Below the pieces are notes generated by a model. It had not been told where the DNA came from and made no database searches. It saw only the letters and a list, made by a program, of their open reading frames with translations. A stretch of 64,000 nt of DNA from Octopus sinensis (Eukaryota), in the NCBI RefSeq assembly GCF_006345805.1, contig NC_042997.1, positions 133,734,001-133,798,000 of the forward strand, read 5' to 3'. Position 1 is the first letter of the stretch. The number at the start of each line of letters is the position of its first letter. The position numbers were made by a program, and so were the translations under genes. This document shows positions 26,612-39,563 of this stretch, piece by piece.

Positions 26612-27443
26612 ATCATCATCATCATCATCGTTTAACGTCCGTTCTCCATGCTAGCATGGGTTGGACGGTTCGACCGGGGATCTGGAAAGCCAGAAGGCTG
26701 CACCAGGCTCCAGTCTTATCTGGCAGTGTTTCTACAGCTGGATGCCCTTCCTAACGCCAACCACTCCGTGAGTGTAGTGGGTGCTTTTCACGTGCCACCT
26801 GCACAGGTGCCAGGCGAGGCTGGCAACGGCCACGGTTGGATTGGTGTATTTTATGTGCCACCTGCACGGAAGCCAGACGAGGGGGTGCTGGCATCGGCCA
26901 CGAGTCGGATAGTGCTTTTTACGTACCACCAGACCAGGGATCCTGGCTGGTTCAATTCGATTTCGATTTCGCTTGCCCCAACATGTCTTCGCAAGCACTG
27001 GGGTTGGCATGGGTGCCTGTCGTACGGTCAGATTGGTGTATTTTATGTGCCACCGGCACGGAAGCCAGTGGAGGCGGCGCTGGCATCGGCCACGAGTCGG
27101 ATAGTGCTTTTTACGTACCACCAGACCAGGGATCCTGGCTGGTTCAATTCGATTTCGATTTCGTTTTCGCTTGCCCCAACATGTCTTCTCAAGCAAGGGG
27201 GTTGGCATGGGTGCCTGTCGTACGGTCAGATTGGTGTATTTTACGTGCCACCGGCACGGAAGCCAGTGGAGGCATCGGCCATGAGTCGGATAGTGCTTTT
27301 TACGTACCACCAGTCCAGGGATCCTGGCTGGTTCAATTCGATTTCGCTTGCCCCAACATGTCTTCGCAAGCAAGGGGGTTGGCATGGGTGCCTGTCGTAC
27401 GGTCAGATTGGTGTATTTTACGTGCCACCGGCACGGAAGCCAG
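26612..27443 (-). mobile_element. SINE family D with three internal tandem units (192/198/177 bp)
   Basis: Unit starts at 26839, 27031, 27229, 27406. Confidence 0.92.
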
Positions 27444-27529
27444 TATATTAGTTATACTATATATTCTATATTCTACATTAATATTATAAAGAATACAAAT
27501 AAAACATAAAAAACAAAGTTGGAATTCCT

Positions 27530-27560
<31 letters not shown>

Positions 27561-27699
27561 ATGTATATGTACTTTTATTAAAGTTGCAAACCCTTCAGAG
27601 TTTCACGTTCCTATTTATCATATATATATATATACCTCCCACACACACATACCAAGAAATTAAAATGATGGAATAACCAAGTGTGTAATGAAATTCATT

Positions 27700-27768
27700 A
27701 GCTTACAGCCGTTTCTACTCTCAGATGCAATGCCCTCAAGCATTCATCTATGAGTGCATCTTATAGCA
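27700..27768 (-). ncRNA. Degenerate Penelope-type hammerhead ribozyme remnant
   Basis: Long stem II followed by GAAACGGCTGTA; 5' core CTATAAGA deviates from CTGANGA. Confidence 0.35.
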
Positions 27769-28350
27769 CACACACAGCTATTAGCTAATGGCACTTCATA
27801 ACAATTGTTTATTCCTTTGCATATGAGGTTAGTGTTTGCACAGTAAATATATCTTTGTCCGGCCTTATGTTTGCTGTAGCAGAATCTGGTTTTAAGCATA
27901 AGCCCTCCTATAAGTGGGACCCCTTTAGAAGACCTTGAAAGTCATTTACTGTTTCATATTTAAGAGATCACACATCTGTTGTGGGTTGATGATTTACTTC
28001 TAAGTAGGTTAAAGACAGATGGGAGTTGACACTCAGGAGGTGGAGGTGTCATATCTAATTTAAAGCCAAATAAAATCTAATATTCTCATAAAATGATAAT
28101 ATATTAAGAAAAAAGAAAAATTCTATTATATATAACAGATGTTCGCCCAGTCTTTCATGATGACTTTGACATGTCAGACCAAACAAATTTACCTGTTTTC
28201 TTTCTCTCTCCCTCTCTCTTTCTTTTATTTCAATATAGTGGATCTGTCAATTTGACAATAGGGATTTAGTTGTTTGACCAGCCCACTGTCTTGCATATTG
28301 AATTAGCAAGTATGTATAAGTGGCTGAGTATTCTGTAGATACTTGTACCC

Positions 28351-28575
28351 TTAACCTTTTCATTACTGTATTTGTTTTGAAATGCTCTTTGTTTCTTTTA
28401 ATTAAGCATATAACAAAGAATTTTGTAAAATAACTTAGTTATCATTAAGCTAATGTTAGAAACATAAATTGTGACTAAGGTTTGGTGGAAGATTTTAATT
28501 GAAAACTTTTGAAAACAAGACATTTGTACTCAGTGCTAGAGCTGGTTTCAGCCGGGTTGGTAACAAAAGGGTTAA
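28351..28575. mobile_element. piggyBac-like MITE, full length
   Basis: TTAA at both ends, imperfect TIRs. Confidence 0.9.
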
Positions 28576-28819
28576 CATAACTCTCTGGTACAACCAGTGT
28601 GTGTGTGTGTGTGTGAGAGAGAGAGAAAGAGAGAAGACTGTACCTTATCAGTTACATGTTAAATCCATCTGATGGGTTTATCTACACTGTTTTACATCTA
28701 GTTTCTCTCTCACAAGGGTTGGGTTAATGACTCTTGCCCAAAGATGCTACTCTGTGAAATTGAACCTAGGACTTTGTGATTGTGAAGAAAATGTCTTACC
28801 TGTTTGTATATAGCCAAGG

Positions 28820-29280
28820 GAGATCATAGTTGTGGCTGTGATGCCAGTGTTGCATAACTGGCACATAAATAGCACCCTTCAAACATTGTGCTTGAGGAGA
28901 CCTGTCAAACCAAGTTAAATTGTAGTTGTGGCTAATGCCTGTGCCGCCTGACTGGCACCCATGTTGGTTGCATGTAAAATGCACCGTTCCAGTATTGGAC
29001 CTTGTGGAGATAGTGACAGGTAACTGAGACCTTTGGTGATACACCGTGCTTCAGAAAACATGTCAAGCCAAGTGAGATCATATGGCTGATGCTGGTGTCA
29101 CATCACTGGCACTTGTACCCACTAAATTCTTGAGTGGCTGGCGTTAGGAAGGGCATCCAGTCATAGAAACTGTCAAATCAGATTGGAACCTGGTGAACTG
29201 GTGCAGCTCCCTGGCTTACCTGTTTTCAGTCCAACCATCCAACCCATGCCAGCATGGAAAACGAATGTTTGATGATGATG
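28820..29280 (+). mobile_element. SINE family D, older copy
   Basis: Modules plus tail. Confidence 0.8.
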
Positions 29281-29647
29281 GGTAAATTGTCGCCATTGTG
29301 TATTTTTAATTTCATGTACATGCATTGTTTGTTTTTGATTTTGTCAACTACACAGTATAGTAGGGTCAGTTGGGAACCGAGAAAAACAGTACCATGATGC
29401 AATTTGCTCTGCCAGAAATCTGGAAATAACATGCTGTACTGTTTGGCATTTGCACTGGAACCTTCAATACAAAAATTTCAGTGTTTAGGAGTCAATCTGA
29501 GGACAGTACAATCTAAGGACATGTATCGAGGGTGATAAAAATCAAACATCCAGTTAACATTAAGGTGTTTGAAATGATCACTAGCGATGGTGACATTATG
29601 CATGTGTGTGTGTGTGTGCATGTGTGCGTGTGTGTGTGTAGATATAT

Positions 29648-29945
29648 GTGAAAGGGAAAAGCTTAATGGTCAGGGTATTCAGTTCATGTGTTTGATAACT
29701 TGGCGTATTGTGCCCTAGAGCATGACACTTTATTTCATGTTGCTCCAGTCCACTCAGCTGGTAAAAATGAGTAGTGCTTGTATATCAAAGGGCCAGCCTT
29801 GTCACACTCTATGTCACACTGAATCTTCTAGAGATTTGTGTTAAGGATTACACACGTCTGTGGATTACTCTACCACTTGCACATTAATTTCATGGACAGG
29901 CTTTACATTGACCAAATCAAGTGGAACCCTTTTTGTAACCTACAA
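29648..29945 (+). mobile_element. tRNA-derived SINE family E, degraded
   Basis: GTTGCTCCAGTCCACTCAGCTG..AAATGAGTA domain shared with 59566-60030. Confidence 0.7.
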
Positions 29946-30591
29946 AGTGCTAGTTTTAGATATATATGTATGTGTGCATGCATCTATGTAAACCTAGAAA
30001 CTGAAGAAACTTGTAAATATGCTGTAGGAAAAAAGAGAACCCTGACGTTCTGAGTCTAAAGGTTTCATTGAAGAATAGTAGTAATATCTATCTGTCTGTC
30101 TGTCTGTCTATTAGGCTGTGTATGTATGTATCTATCTATATATCTATTAGTCTACCTACCTACCTATCCTGACACACATGCATACAAATAGATGTATTTT
30201 TGTTAGTTTTAGCAATAATGTCTAACAAAATGCTTAGAGCAAACTTAAAAATAGACATCTTTCCAAAGAATTCCTTCTTGTGGATAAGTAGTTTTACTTT
30301 GTGTCCACAGTTGGAAACAAAAGTAAAAAGAAAACCCCAAAAAACCCCCCACTCAGCAAAAAAAAAGCCAAACAAATAATGATTATTGCAGAAAGGATAG
30401 AATAAAGTTTTAAAAAATTCAAATAAAATAAAGGACTACATTAAAAGTTATTTCAGAAAAGAATGCTGAATTTCCAATGCAATAAAAGTGGTCTCATTGG
30501 CAAGTGTGTTTAGTTACAAAGGTTTAGGTCTTTCACATTTGGTTCTTATAATATATATATATATGTGTCTTATATGGTGTGTGTGTGTGTA

Positions 30592-30986
30592 TGTTGTTGG
30601 CATCCTTTTGTCTCAGAAGACAATGGAGTTGCGCATAAACTAATCCAGTCTGGTTTTTACATTTTATGTCCTCTCCAGTCTTGCACAGACCAGGGCTAGA
30701 TGTAAGAAAATCCTGGGTAGCCAAATCGTCGGGATTCCTCTCTTGACTTTGCTGAAATAGTCCAAAGGAGTGCAGAGCATTATGTTTGGCACCAACTTGG
30801 TTGCAGGAGATGCCGTAAGAGTGTCGAGTCGAACACTAAACCACCTACTTGAAGGTTGTCTCTTTTCCATAACCCCAGATAGGGGCCCATACTGGGTACT
30901 GCCAACCGGAACCAGCTGAGCCTGGGACTCGTGTCAGGCAGGGTCGTCACTCCCTGAAGTAGTCAGGAAAATCGCTACCCACTACC
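30592..30986 (-). mobile_element. Probable bipartite non-autonomous RTE derivative
   Basis: RTE-like 3' end CCATTGTCTTCTGAGACAAAAGGATGCCAACAAC joined to GC-rich 5'UTR-like segment, no RT. Confidence 0.6.
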
Positions 30987-31059
30987 TAAATATATATATA
31001 TATATATATATAGTAGTACTTACTCACTGAAGTAGTGAAGAAAATCGCTACCCACTACC

Positions 31060-31114
<55 letters not shown>

Positions 31115-32204
31115 TTACTCACTGAAGTAGTGAAGAAAATCGCTACCCACTACCTAAATATATATATATGTATATATATATACACACACACACATATATA
31201 TATATATAGTGTGTGTGTGTTTGTTTTTGTACATTATACATCTTTCTTTGTATATATATGTATATGTGTGTGTCTGTGTGTAAAAAGCAGCCACTACACT
31301 TTTGGAGTGGTTGGCATTAAGAAGAGCTTCCAGTTGTAGAAAGCATGCCAGCATGGAAAACGGATGTTAAATGATGATGATACACACACGCGCGCGCGTG
31401 CTCACATATGTAAGCATGGGCATTTATGTATGACTGCAAAACCTAGTCTCTTCTACCATAGTTTCTTCATGCTCATTCAAGCTTTGTAAGTGAAACTAGT
31501 TCCATGGCAATTTGAGTGTAAACTAATTCAAACGACTCCTATGTCTGTAATTCTGAGATCCAGCCATATCACATACTTGTGCCGTGCTGTTCCTGCCTTG
31601 GGCTTACATTTCATAAGTGGTTTCACCTGCACTCAAACTTGCTACATTTTACATTGTTATTAATGATATGACAAGATAGTTTTGTTGATAGAGAAAGTAG
31701 AACACCCAATGGCAAAAGCCAATCTGTGATAGATTCTACTCTGTATGTAATGAAATATGTTGCTTGCTTTGCCACTTGAGTTTTTTCCAGTAACATAGTC
31801 TTTTCAGTTAGCAGTCAGTGGTCATTTTCTACTGATCCAGCTTGCTCTTCTCAAGAGTAATGACTTTCCTCTGTTTTAGCCAAGGCCTTCATGACTAGTG
31901 GGAAAATGCATGGCCTGGTGTTTGAAATGATCACTAGTGATGATGATATTATGCATGTGTATGTATGTATATGTGTGTGTGTGTGTGTAGATATATGTGA
32001 AGGTGAAAAGCTTAGTGGTTAAGGCTTTCAGCTCATGAGTTTGATAACTGTTGGCGTATTCAATTCCTGGACCAGGTAGTGTGTTGCATTCTAAAACAAA
32101 ACACTTTATCATGTGTTGCTTTTGTTCGCTCAGCTGTAAATGAGTAACCTTGTAATGTAATGGTTTCTGATTCAAGAGGACATGTTGTGATTCTGGTCAC
32201 TCAT

Positions 32205-33145
32205 ACACTATCAACAAATGTCAGCATTGCATCCTCAAGATCCGGTGGCTGGACAAAATTTCAGACTAGTCTGTGGGATAGAATGAACCAGGTGGCTAGC
32301 TGGCAGAATCGTTAGCACACCGGGCGAAATGCTTAGCGGTATTTCATCTGCGTTACGTTGTGAGTTCAAATTCCGCCAAGGTCGACTTTGCCTTTCATCC
32401 TTTCGGGGTCGATAAATTAAGTACCAGTTACGCACTGGGGTCGATGTAATCGACTTAAAACCTATGTCTGTCCTTGTTTGTTCCCTCTATGTTTAGCCCC
32501 TTGTGGGTAATAAAGAAATAGGTATTTTGTCTGCCGCTACGTTCTGAGTTTAAATTACACCGAGGTCGAATTAGCCTTTCATCCTTTCAGGGTCGATTAA
32601 ATAAATACCAGTTATTCACTGGGGTCGATATAATCGACTTAATCCGTTTGCCTGTCCTTGTTTGTCCTCTCTGTGTTTAGCCCCTTGTGGGTAGTAAAGA
32701 AATAGGTATTTCGTCTGCCGCTATGTTCTGACCTCAAATTCCACCAAGGTCGACTTTGCCTTTCATCCTTTCAGGGTCGCTTAAATAAGTACCAGTTACG
32801 CACTGGGGTTGATGTAACCGACTTAATCCCTTTGTCTGTCCTTGTTTGTCCCATCTATGTTTAGCCCCTTGTGGGCAATAAGGAAACAAGAATGAACCAA
32901 ACTCCCACCAATCAAGAAATTTTGAAATGAAATAGGGCTGGATTGGTCACACTCTAAGGAGACCTCCAAGCAGCATTGCAAGACAAGTGACAGATTGGCA
33001 ACCTTAAGAAAAAAGGAACATCCTGGAGGATGAAGCAAATGCAATTGGTTTCTCTTGGTCTGAAATCAAGGATGTAGCTTAAGACAGTATCCACTGACCT
33101 GAAATGGTCACAACCCTGTGCTCCTTATGGAGTAATGTAGACCAA
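32205..33145 (+). pseudogene. RTE-clade LINE RT C-terminal remnant split by SINE-B trimer
   Basis: INKCQHCILKIRWLDKIS..LWDRMNQ | WIGHTLRRPPSSIARQVTDWQP..LCS, with stops and frameshifts. Confidence 0.85.
32291..32888 (+). mobile_element. SINE family B, trimer
   Basis: Junctions at 32521/2 and 32705/6; TSD AGAATGAACCA. Confidence 0.95.
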
Positions 33146-33966
33146 CATACAGTATGAAAACTGGGTAACTGGACCAATGAACCCTTGGACTTGAGACAAT
33201 GATATCTTGAACAAAAATGTTTTTCTTGACTAGAGGGAGGGCGGGAGTGTGTGAGGTATCAACTAGAGATCTGGACTGGAGAATGATTTCAACAGAATGA
33301 TCTCTGTTAAAAGGCACCCAATGTTAAGCGGTGGTATCAAACCAGGTAATGAATTATATCTAACACTCTAGTAGGCCATGGTGGGATTTGAACTCTTACA
33401 CAGGAAGAACTAGAACAAATACCACATGACATCTGTTATTGTGTTCACACAGTTCTGCCAACCTCCTGCACCAGATTGGTACATTTTTGTTAATCACAGA
33501 AAGATAAAAGGCAAAGTTGACCTCAACAGGATTTGAACTCAAAGACTCTGAACAAATACTTTAGTAGCGCTGTTCCACCCAATGCTCTAATGACTCCACC
33601 AGTTTGCCAAGATAAAATATTTTGTTGTTGTTGCTTAGCCTTGACTCAGTAGAAAATCATCCAAGACATTACAGTTTTGGCCACTTTTGTTAGTTACTTT
33701 ATCAAATAGATCCTGTTTTATTATTATACTATTTATATGTAATCTGTTTGCTATTTTTAGCAGGTCAAGTGACCACTTACCAGCCTCATTTAACTTGACA
33801 CAGATGTGAGGAGGAAATCTCCATCATCTAGACATCTGCTTTTCCTTGTTTGCATGGGTTGGGCAGAGCTTATCAAGGCAAATTTTAATAATCCTTTCTA
33901 CTAAAGGCACAAGGCCTGAAATTTTAGGCACAGGGGACTAGTCAACAACTTCGACTGCAGTGGTTT

Positions 33967-34611
33967 GGAAAGACTTCTTCCTCCACCCATTTTCTTGCAA
34001 ATTATTATTATTATTATTTTTTTTTTATTTTTTTTTTTTTTTTTTTTTTTTTGCTAAAAACCCTCTGTTTTCGGATATGGTGATTCCGAAAATTGCCAAA
34101 AATTGGCATTTTCAAATTTTTGCCCCCCTTCCCCTTTCATCCCCAATTTCTTAATTTTCATTTTTTTCCCTAACCGTAACCCTAACCCCCAAAAAATCTA
34201 ACCCTAACTCTAAAACCCTAATCCCCTAATCCTAAAACCTTAACACTAACTACAAAAATTTTTGGACATTTTTTCAGAACCATAATCTCGGAATTTCTCC
34301 GCATATTTTGAAAAAAAAAAAAAAATTCCGAAAAAAAAAACTTTACAAAAATTTTTGGAAATTTTTTCCAGAATCCATAATCTCCGTATTTTTCTGCATA
34401 TTCTGAAAAAAAGTTTAAAATGGAGAAATTAAGGAGGGGGGGAGGGGTAATTTCAAAATGCCGATTTTTGCCAATTGTTTTTTTTTTTTTTTCAGATTCG
34501 TATTCTCCGTATCCGAAAAGGGGGTGGTTGTGTAGCAGAAAAAAAAAAAATTAATTAAATAGAAAAAAAAAAAAATGGTGTTTTAGCGGGGTACAAAAAT
34601 GAAGCCTTGCC
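33967..34611. mobile_element. Long imperfect-TIR DNA element with internal CCCTAA-like repeats
   Basis: Subterminal inverted blocks (TTTTCGGATATGG/CCGTATCCGAAAA; AATTGGCATTTT/AAAATGCCGATT); telomere-like repeats 34168-34252. Confidence 0.75.
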
Positions 34612-35029
34612 TATGGTCTATCTAACTAGGATTTTAACCTGTGGTGCGAATATCGTATACACCCACATATACATTCACATATGCATACCGACTTCCATAT
34701 AGGTCATTCACTCGAGCAACACCCATGTGGAGGAGATGCTTTTCACAGAGTTCATTGTTCGTTCATTTGACATAAATATTAGCATTGTTTTACTTTCTTA
34801 TTTAATACACCGTAGTCGGTGGTTTTGAATGCGTTTAAAGTGTGAGTACATGCATACTAGCTTATTGCTCCCGTGTATTTGCTATTGGTAAATATTTGTC
34901 GGTGCTTGTGACTATGTGCGTATATTTGTATGCACGTTCTTATGTTACGTATGTAATTAACACAGATTCTGTTACTTCGTTTGCTGTTGTTTGTTGACAC
35001 ACATACATCTCCATGGAAAAGACAGATGC

Positions 35030-36045
<1,016 letters not shown>

Positions 36046-36205
36046 ACATTGCTTTAATTTTGTTGATTCTTTGTTGTACTGCTTTATCTCATCTTTTCTC
36101 TTCTCTTTTCTTTTCTATTTTCTCGTTCGTTCTGTCTTTCTACGGTGATAATTAAACTATTTAGGAACGGAAGCTATCTGGTGACTAAACAGATCGCTAT
36201 TTCGG

Positions 36206-36290
36206 ATGGCAAACAACAACAACAACAGCGGCAAGACGAAGATAAAGAAAGGGAAAAAAAAAGATTTCTTTTTCTTTAGATTTGTTGAAG
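36206..36290 (+). CDS. Candidate alternative first exon (MANNNNNSGKTKIKKGKKKDFFFFRFVE)
   Basis: CpG-retaining unique DNA, upstream CGGAAG, ATGG start, AAG|GTAGAT donor; no homology recognised. Confidence 0.2.
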
Positions 36291-36675
36291 GTAGATGTGT
36301 GTGTGTGATAAAAGTGGTGGGGGTTAGTAATTTAATCGGAAGTTCATTGCTGTTCCCTTTCTCTCCCTCCCTCCTCCCTTCATTTTCCCTTTCCTCCTCC
36401 CCCTTCCCATTTCATTCTCGCTTTCCTTCTCTCACCCTCTTCCCCTTTTTTTTCTCTCTTTCTTTGTTCCCACCACCGTTTTACTGCTATAACTAGCACT
36501 TAAACTATCACTGTCATTACGATCGCCACTACGGCTATACCACTACTCATACCACCACCACCAGCTCCGCTGCATTCCACTACTATCGTGATTACCTATC
36601 TCAATACAGCCTTCGTCGTAGTCGTCGTCATCACCCTCACACAATGACCACCACAACCGCCAGTACAATATTAAC

Positions 36676-37238
36676 CTTTTCTACTCTAGGGCACAAGGCC
36701 CGACATTTTTTGGGGGGAGGGGGTGCCAGTCGATTAGATCGACTCCAGTTACGCAACTGGTACTTGATTCATCGACCCACGAAAGGATGAAAGGTAAAGT
36801 CGACCTCGGCGGAATTTGAACTCACACGAAATACCTATTTCGTTACTACCCACAAGGGGCTAAACACAGAAGGGACAAACAAGGACAGACAAACGGATTA
36901 AGTCGATTATATCGACCCCAGTGCGTAACTGGTACTTATTTAATCGACCCCGAAAGGATGAAAGGCAAAGTCGACCTCGGCGGAATTTGAACTCACAACG
37001 TAACGGCAGACGAAATACCTATTTCTTTACTACCCACAAGGGGCTAAACATAGAAGGGACAAACAAGGACAGACATAGGTATTAAGTCGATTATATCGAC
37101 CCCAGTGCGGAACTGGTACTTGTTTAATCGACCCCGAAAGGATGAAAGGCAAAGTCGACCTCGGTGTAATTTGAACTCAGAACATAACGGCAGACGAAAT
37201 ACCGCTAAGCATTTCGCCCAGCGTGCTCACCGCTTTCT
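36676..37238 (-). mobile_element. SINE family B, trimer (last unit with alternative tail)
   Basis: Junctions at 37018/9 and 36834/5; TSD CCGCCAGTACAATATTAAC. Confidence 0.95.
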
Positions 37239-37751
37239 CCGCCAGTACAATATTAACAATATCACGAGCCAGCGCATTAGCTTCTACGTGGTTACTCGGA
37301 CTGTTAGAAATAGCAGCCGAATGTGTTTGTTTCACAATCACACCTTAAAACAAAAAAAAAAAACAACAACAAAGAAAAAAAAACAAGCTAAACAAAGCAA
37401 AGAAAAGACAAGGGAGCGCTATATATTTACACAATGTGGTGTCACGAGTGTACTAAAAAGACGATGTGGTCATGGTTGGAACGTTCTTTGATCAGGCTGA
37501 CCTTGACTTTAAAAACAACAACACTATTATTCTTGCACCACCACCGCCGCCGTCGCCGCTCCCTTTTATTATGAAATAGCGTGGGTGATCGGTTGGTGGG
37601 GGGGGTGGCGGCACATGGTTAGTTGTTTTGGATTTTTCTTTTTCAGGTTGCTTCTTTCTCTCCTTTCCCTGTCCCCCCCCCCACCCTGTCTATCAAAGTC
37701 GTTCGATTCCCTTTCCGCTTCCCCTTCTCTCTCTCTCTCTCGTTTTGCCAT

Positions 37752-37802
<51 letters not shown>

Positions 37803-38318
37803 TAAATAGATTTGATAGAGAGAGCAGAAGAAGAGAACGAGTAAAATTAAACTACCCACAAAAAACAAATAACAAACAAACAGCAAACTGGAATGTTAAA
37901 CGAATAAACAAGCACTACTACTACTACTACTACCACTACTACAGGAAGTACCTTCTCATTGTTTCTCATCCACACACATCTATATATATTTCATGTATGT
38001 GCATACATATATATGTATATATGATCCTGTATGTATCTATCTATTACTATATATTATTACATACTTCCTCAACGGTTTTTTTTTTATCCCCCTTAACTCT
38101 TTCTTAATTGCTCTCTCTGCTCACCCGTCTTTCTACTCCCACTCATTCCTACCGTTCTCCCTTCACCCACCTTATCACCTAAACACCTGAGCAACCAACC
38201 AATGGCAATTAGTACGGTTGAGAGTGCAGGGTAGGGTGGAGGCTGCATGCTTCTTTACACTGTTGGTTAACTTGCTAGAAATAGCAGCCGAATTTCATAA
38301 CTCTTTAAAATAATAATA

Positions 38319-38690
38319 AGTGGCTGTGTGGTAAGTAGCTTGCTTACCAACCACATGGTTCCGGGTTCAGTCCCACTGCGTGGCACCTTGGGCTAGTGTC
38401 TTCTACTATAGCCTCGGGCCGACCAATGCCTTGTGAGTGGATTTGGTAGACGGAAACTGAAAGAAGCCCGTCGTATATATGTTTGTGTGTCTGTGTTTGT
38501 CCCCCTAGCATTGCTTGACAACCGATGCTGGTGTGTTTATGTCCCCGTTACCTAGCTGTTCGGCAAAAGAGACCGATAGAATAAGTACTGGGTTTACAAA
38601 GAATAAGTCCCGGGTCGATTTGCTCGACTAAAGGCGGTGCTCCAGCATGGCCGCAGTCAAATGACTGAAACAAGTAAAAGAGTAAAGAGT
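38319..38690 (+). mobile_element. SINE family A, near-consensus
   Basis: tRNA-like head GTGGCTGTGTGGTAAG..GGTTCAGTCCC, CORE-like GGCACCTTGGGC.AGTGTC, (GTAAAAGA)n tail. Confidence 0.93.
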
Positions 38691-39297
38691 GTCCCTGATA
38701 ACCCCTAAGAGGCCCAATGTTTCCACCTCTGATTGATGAGGGCTAAGACAACAACGTCCTAAGTGAAGGGCGCTTCTACACAATCACCCGATCTGCCAGA
38801 AATAACAGCCAAACTTCTTTCATGCCACATCCTACTGTCCTGAAGAAAAGAATGGATACATTTGATAATGTGGTCAGCCGTGGGGACCATTAAAAGTCAG
38901 GGGTGGTGTGGCTAGAATACATTTCATTATAGCAGGGTTCTCAAAACCATTTAAAAAAAAAAATCTTTGGATTCCTTTCATTACTATTTTATTATGATGG
39001 AGCCTACAGGCGTTCGATGTTTAAAAGCTAGCTTTATAGGAACTGCTATAGCTTTGAGCTGACCAAAGCCTTGTGAGTGGATTTGGTAGAGAGAAACTGA
39101 AAGAAGCTTGTCGCATACATACATACATACTTACACACATACATACATAGATACATACATAGTCATACATCTTAAGGGTTGAACAGACAGAACACAACAA
39201 AGAGAAACAGTTAGACAAAAGCAGAGCAAACGGGAAATTAGATGAAAAATTAATGGAAAACGGGAACAGCGCAAACAATATACATATATATATATAT

Positions 39298-39563
39298 CAT
39301 CATCATCATCATCATTTAGCATCCGTGTTCCATGCTAGCATGGGTTGGATGGTTCAACTGGGGTCTGTGAAGCCGGAAGGCTTCATCAGGCCTAGTCAGA
39401 TCTGGCAGTGTTTCTACGGCTGGATGCCCTTCCTAACGCCAACCACTCCGTGAGTGTAGTGGGTGCTTTTTATGTGCCGGGGTAGGCTGGCAAACAGCCA
39501 CAATCGGTTGGTGCTTTTTACATGCCACCGACACGGACGCCAGTCAAGGCGGTGCTGGCATCA
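39298..39563 (-). mobile_element. SINE family D
   Basis: (CAT)n tail plus modules. Confidence 0.88.

Noticed and set aside
26648-27451. 267-aa ORF as a host gene
   Set aside because: Wholly antisense to SINE-D; the same peptides recur at other D copies
28239-28309. Exon with good acceptor and GTATGT donor
   Set aside because: Stops in all frames and the 3' end overlaps repeat-like sequence; cannot be supported
34168-34252. True telomere or chromosome fusion site
   Set aside because: Short, degenerate, single orientation and internal to a TIR element
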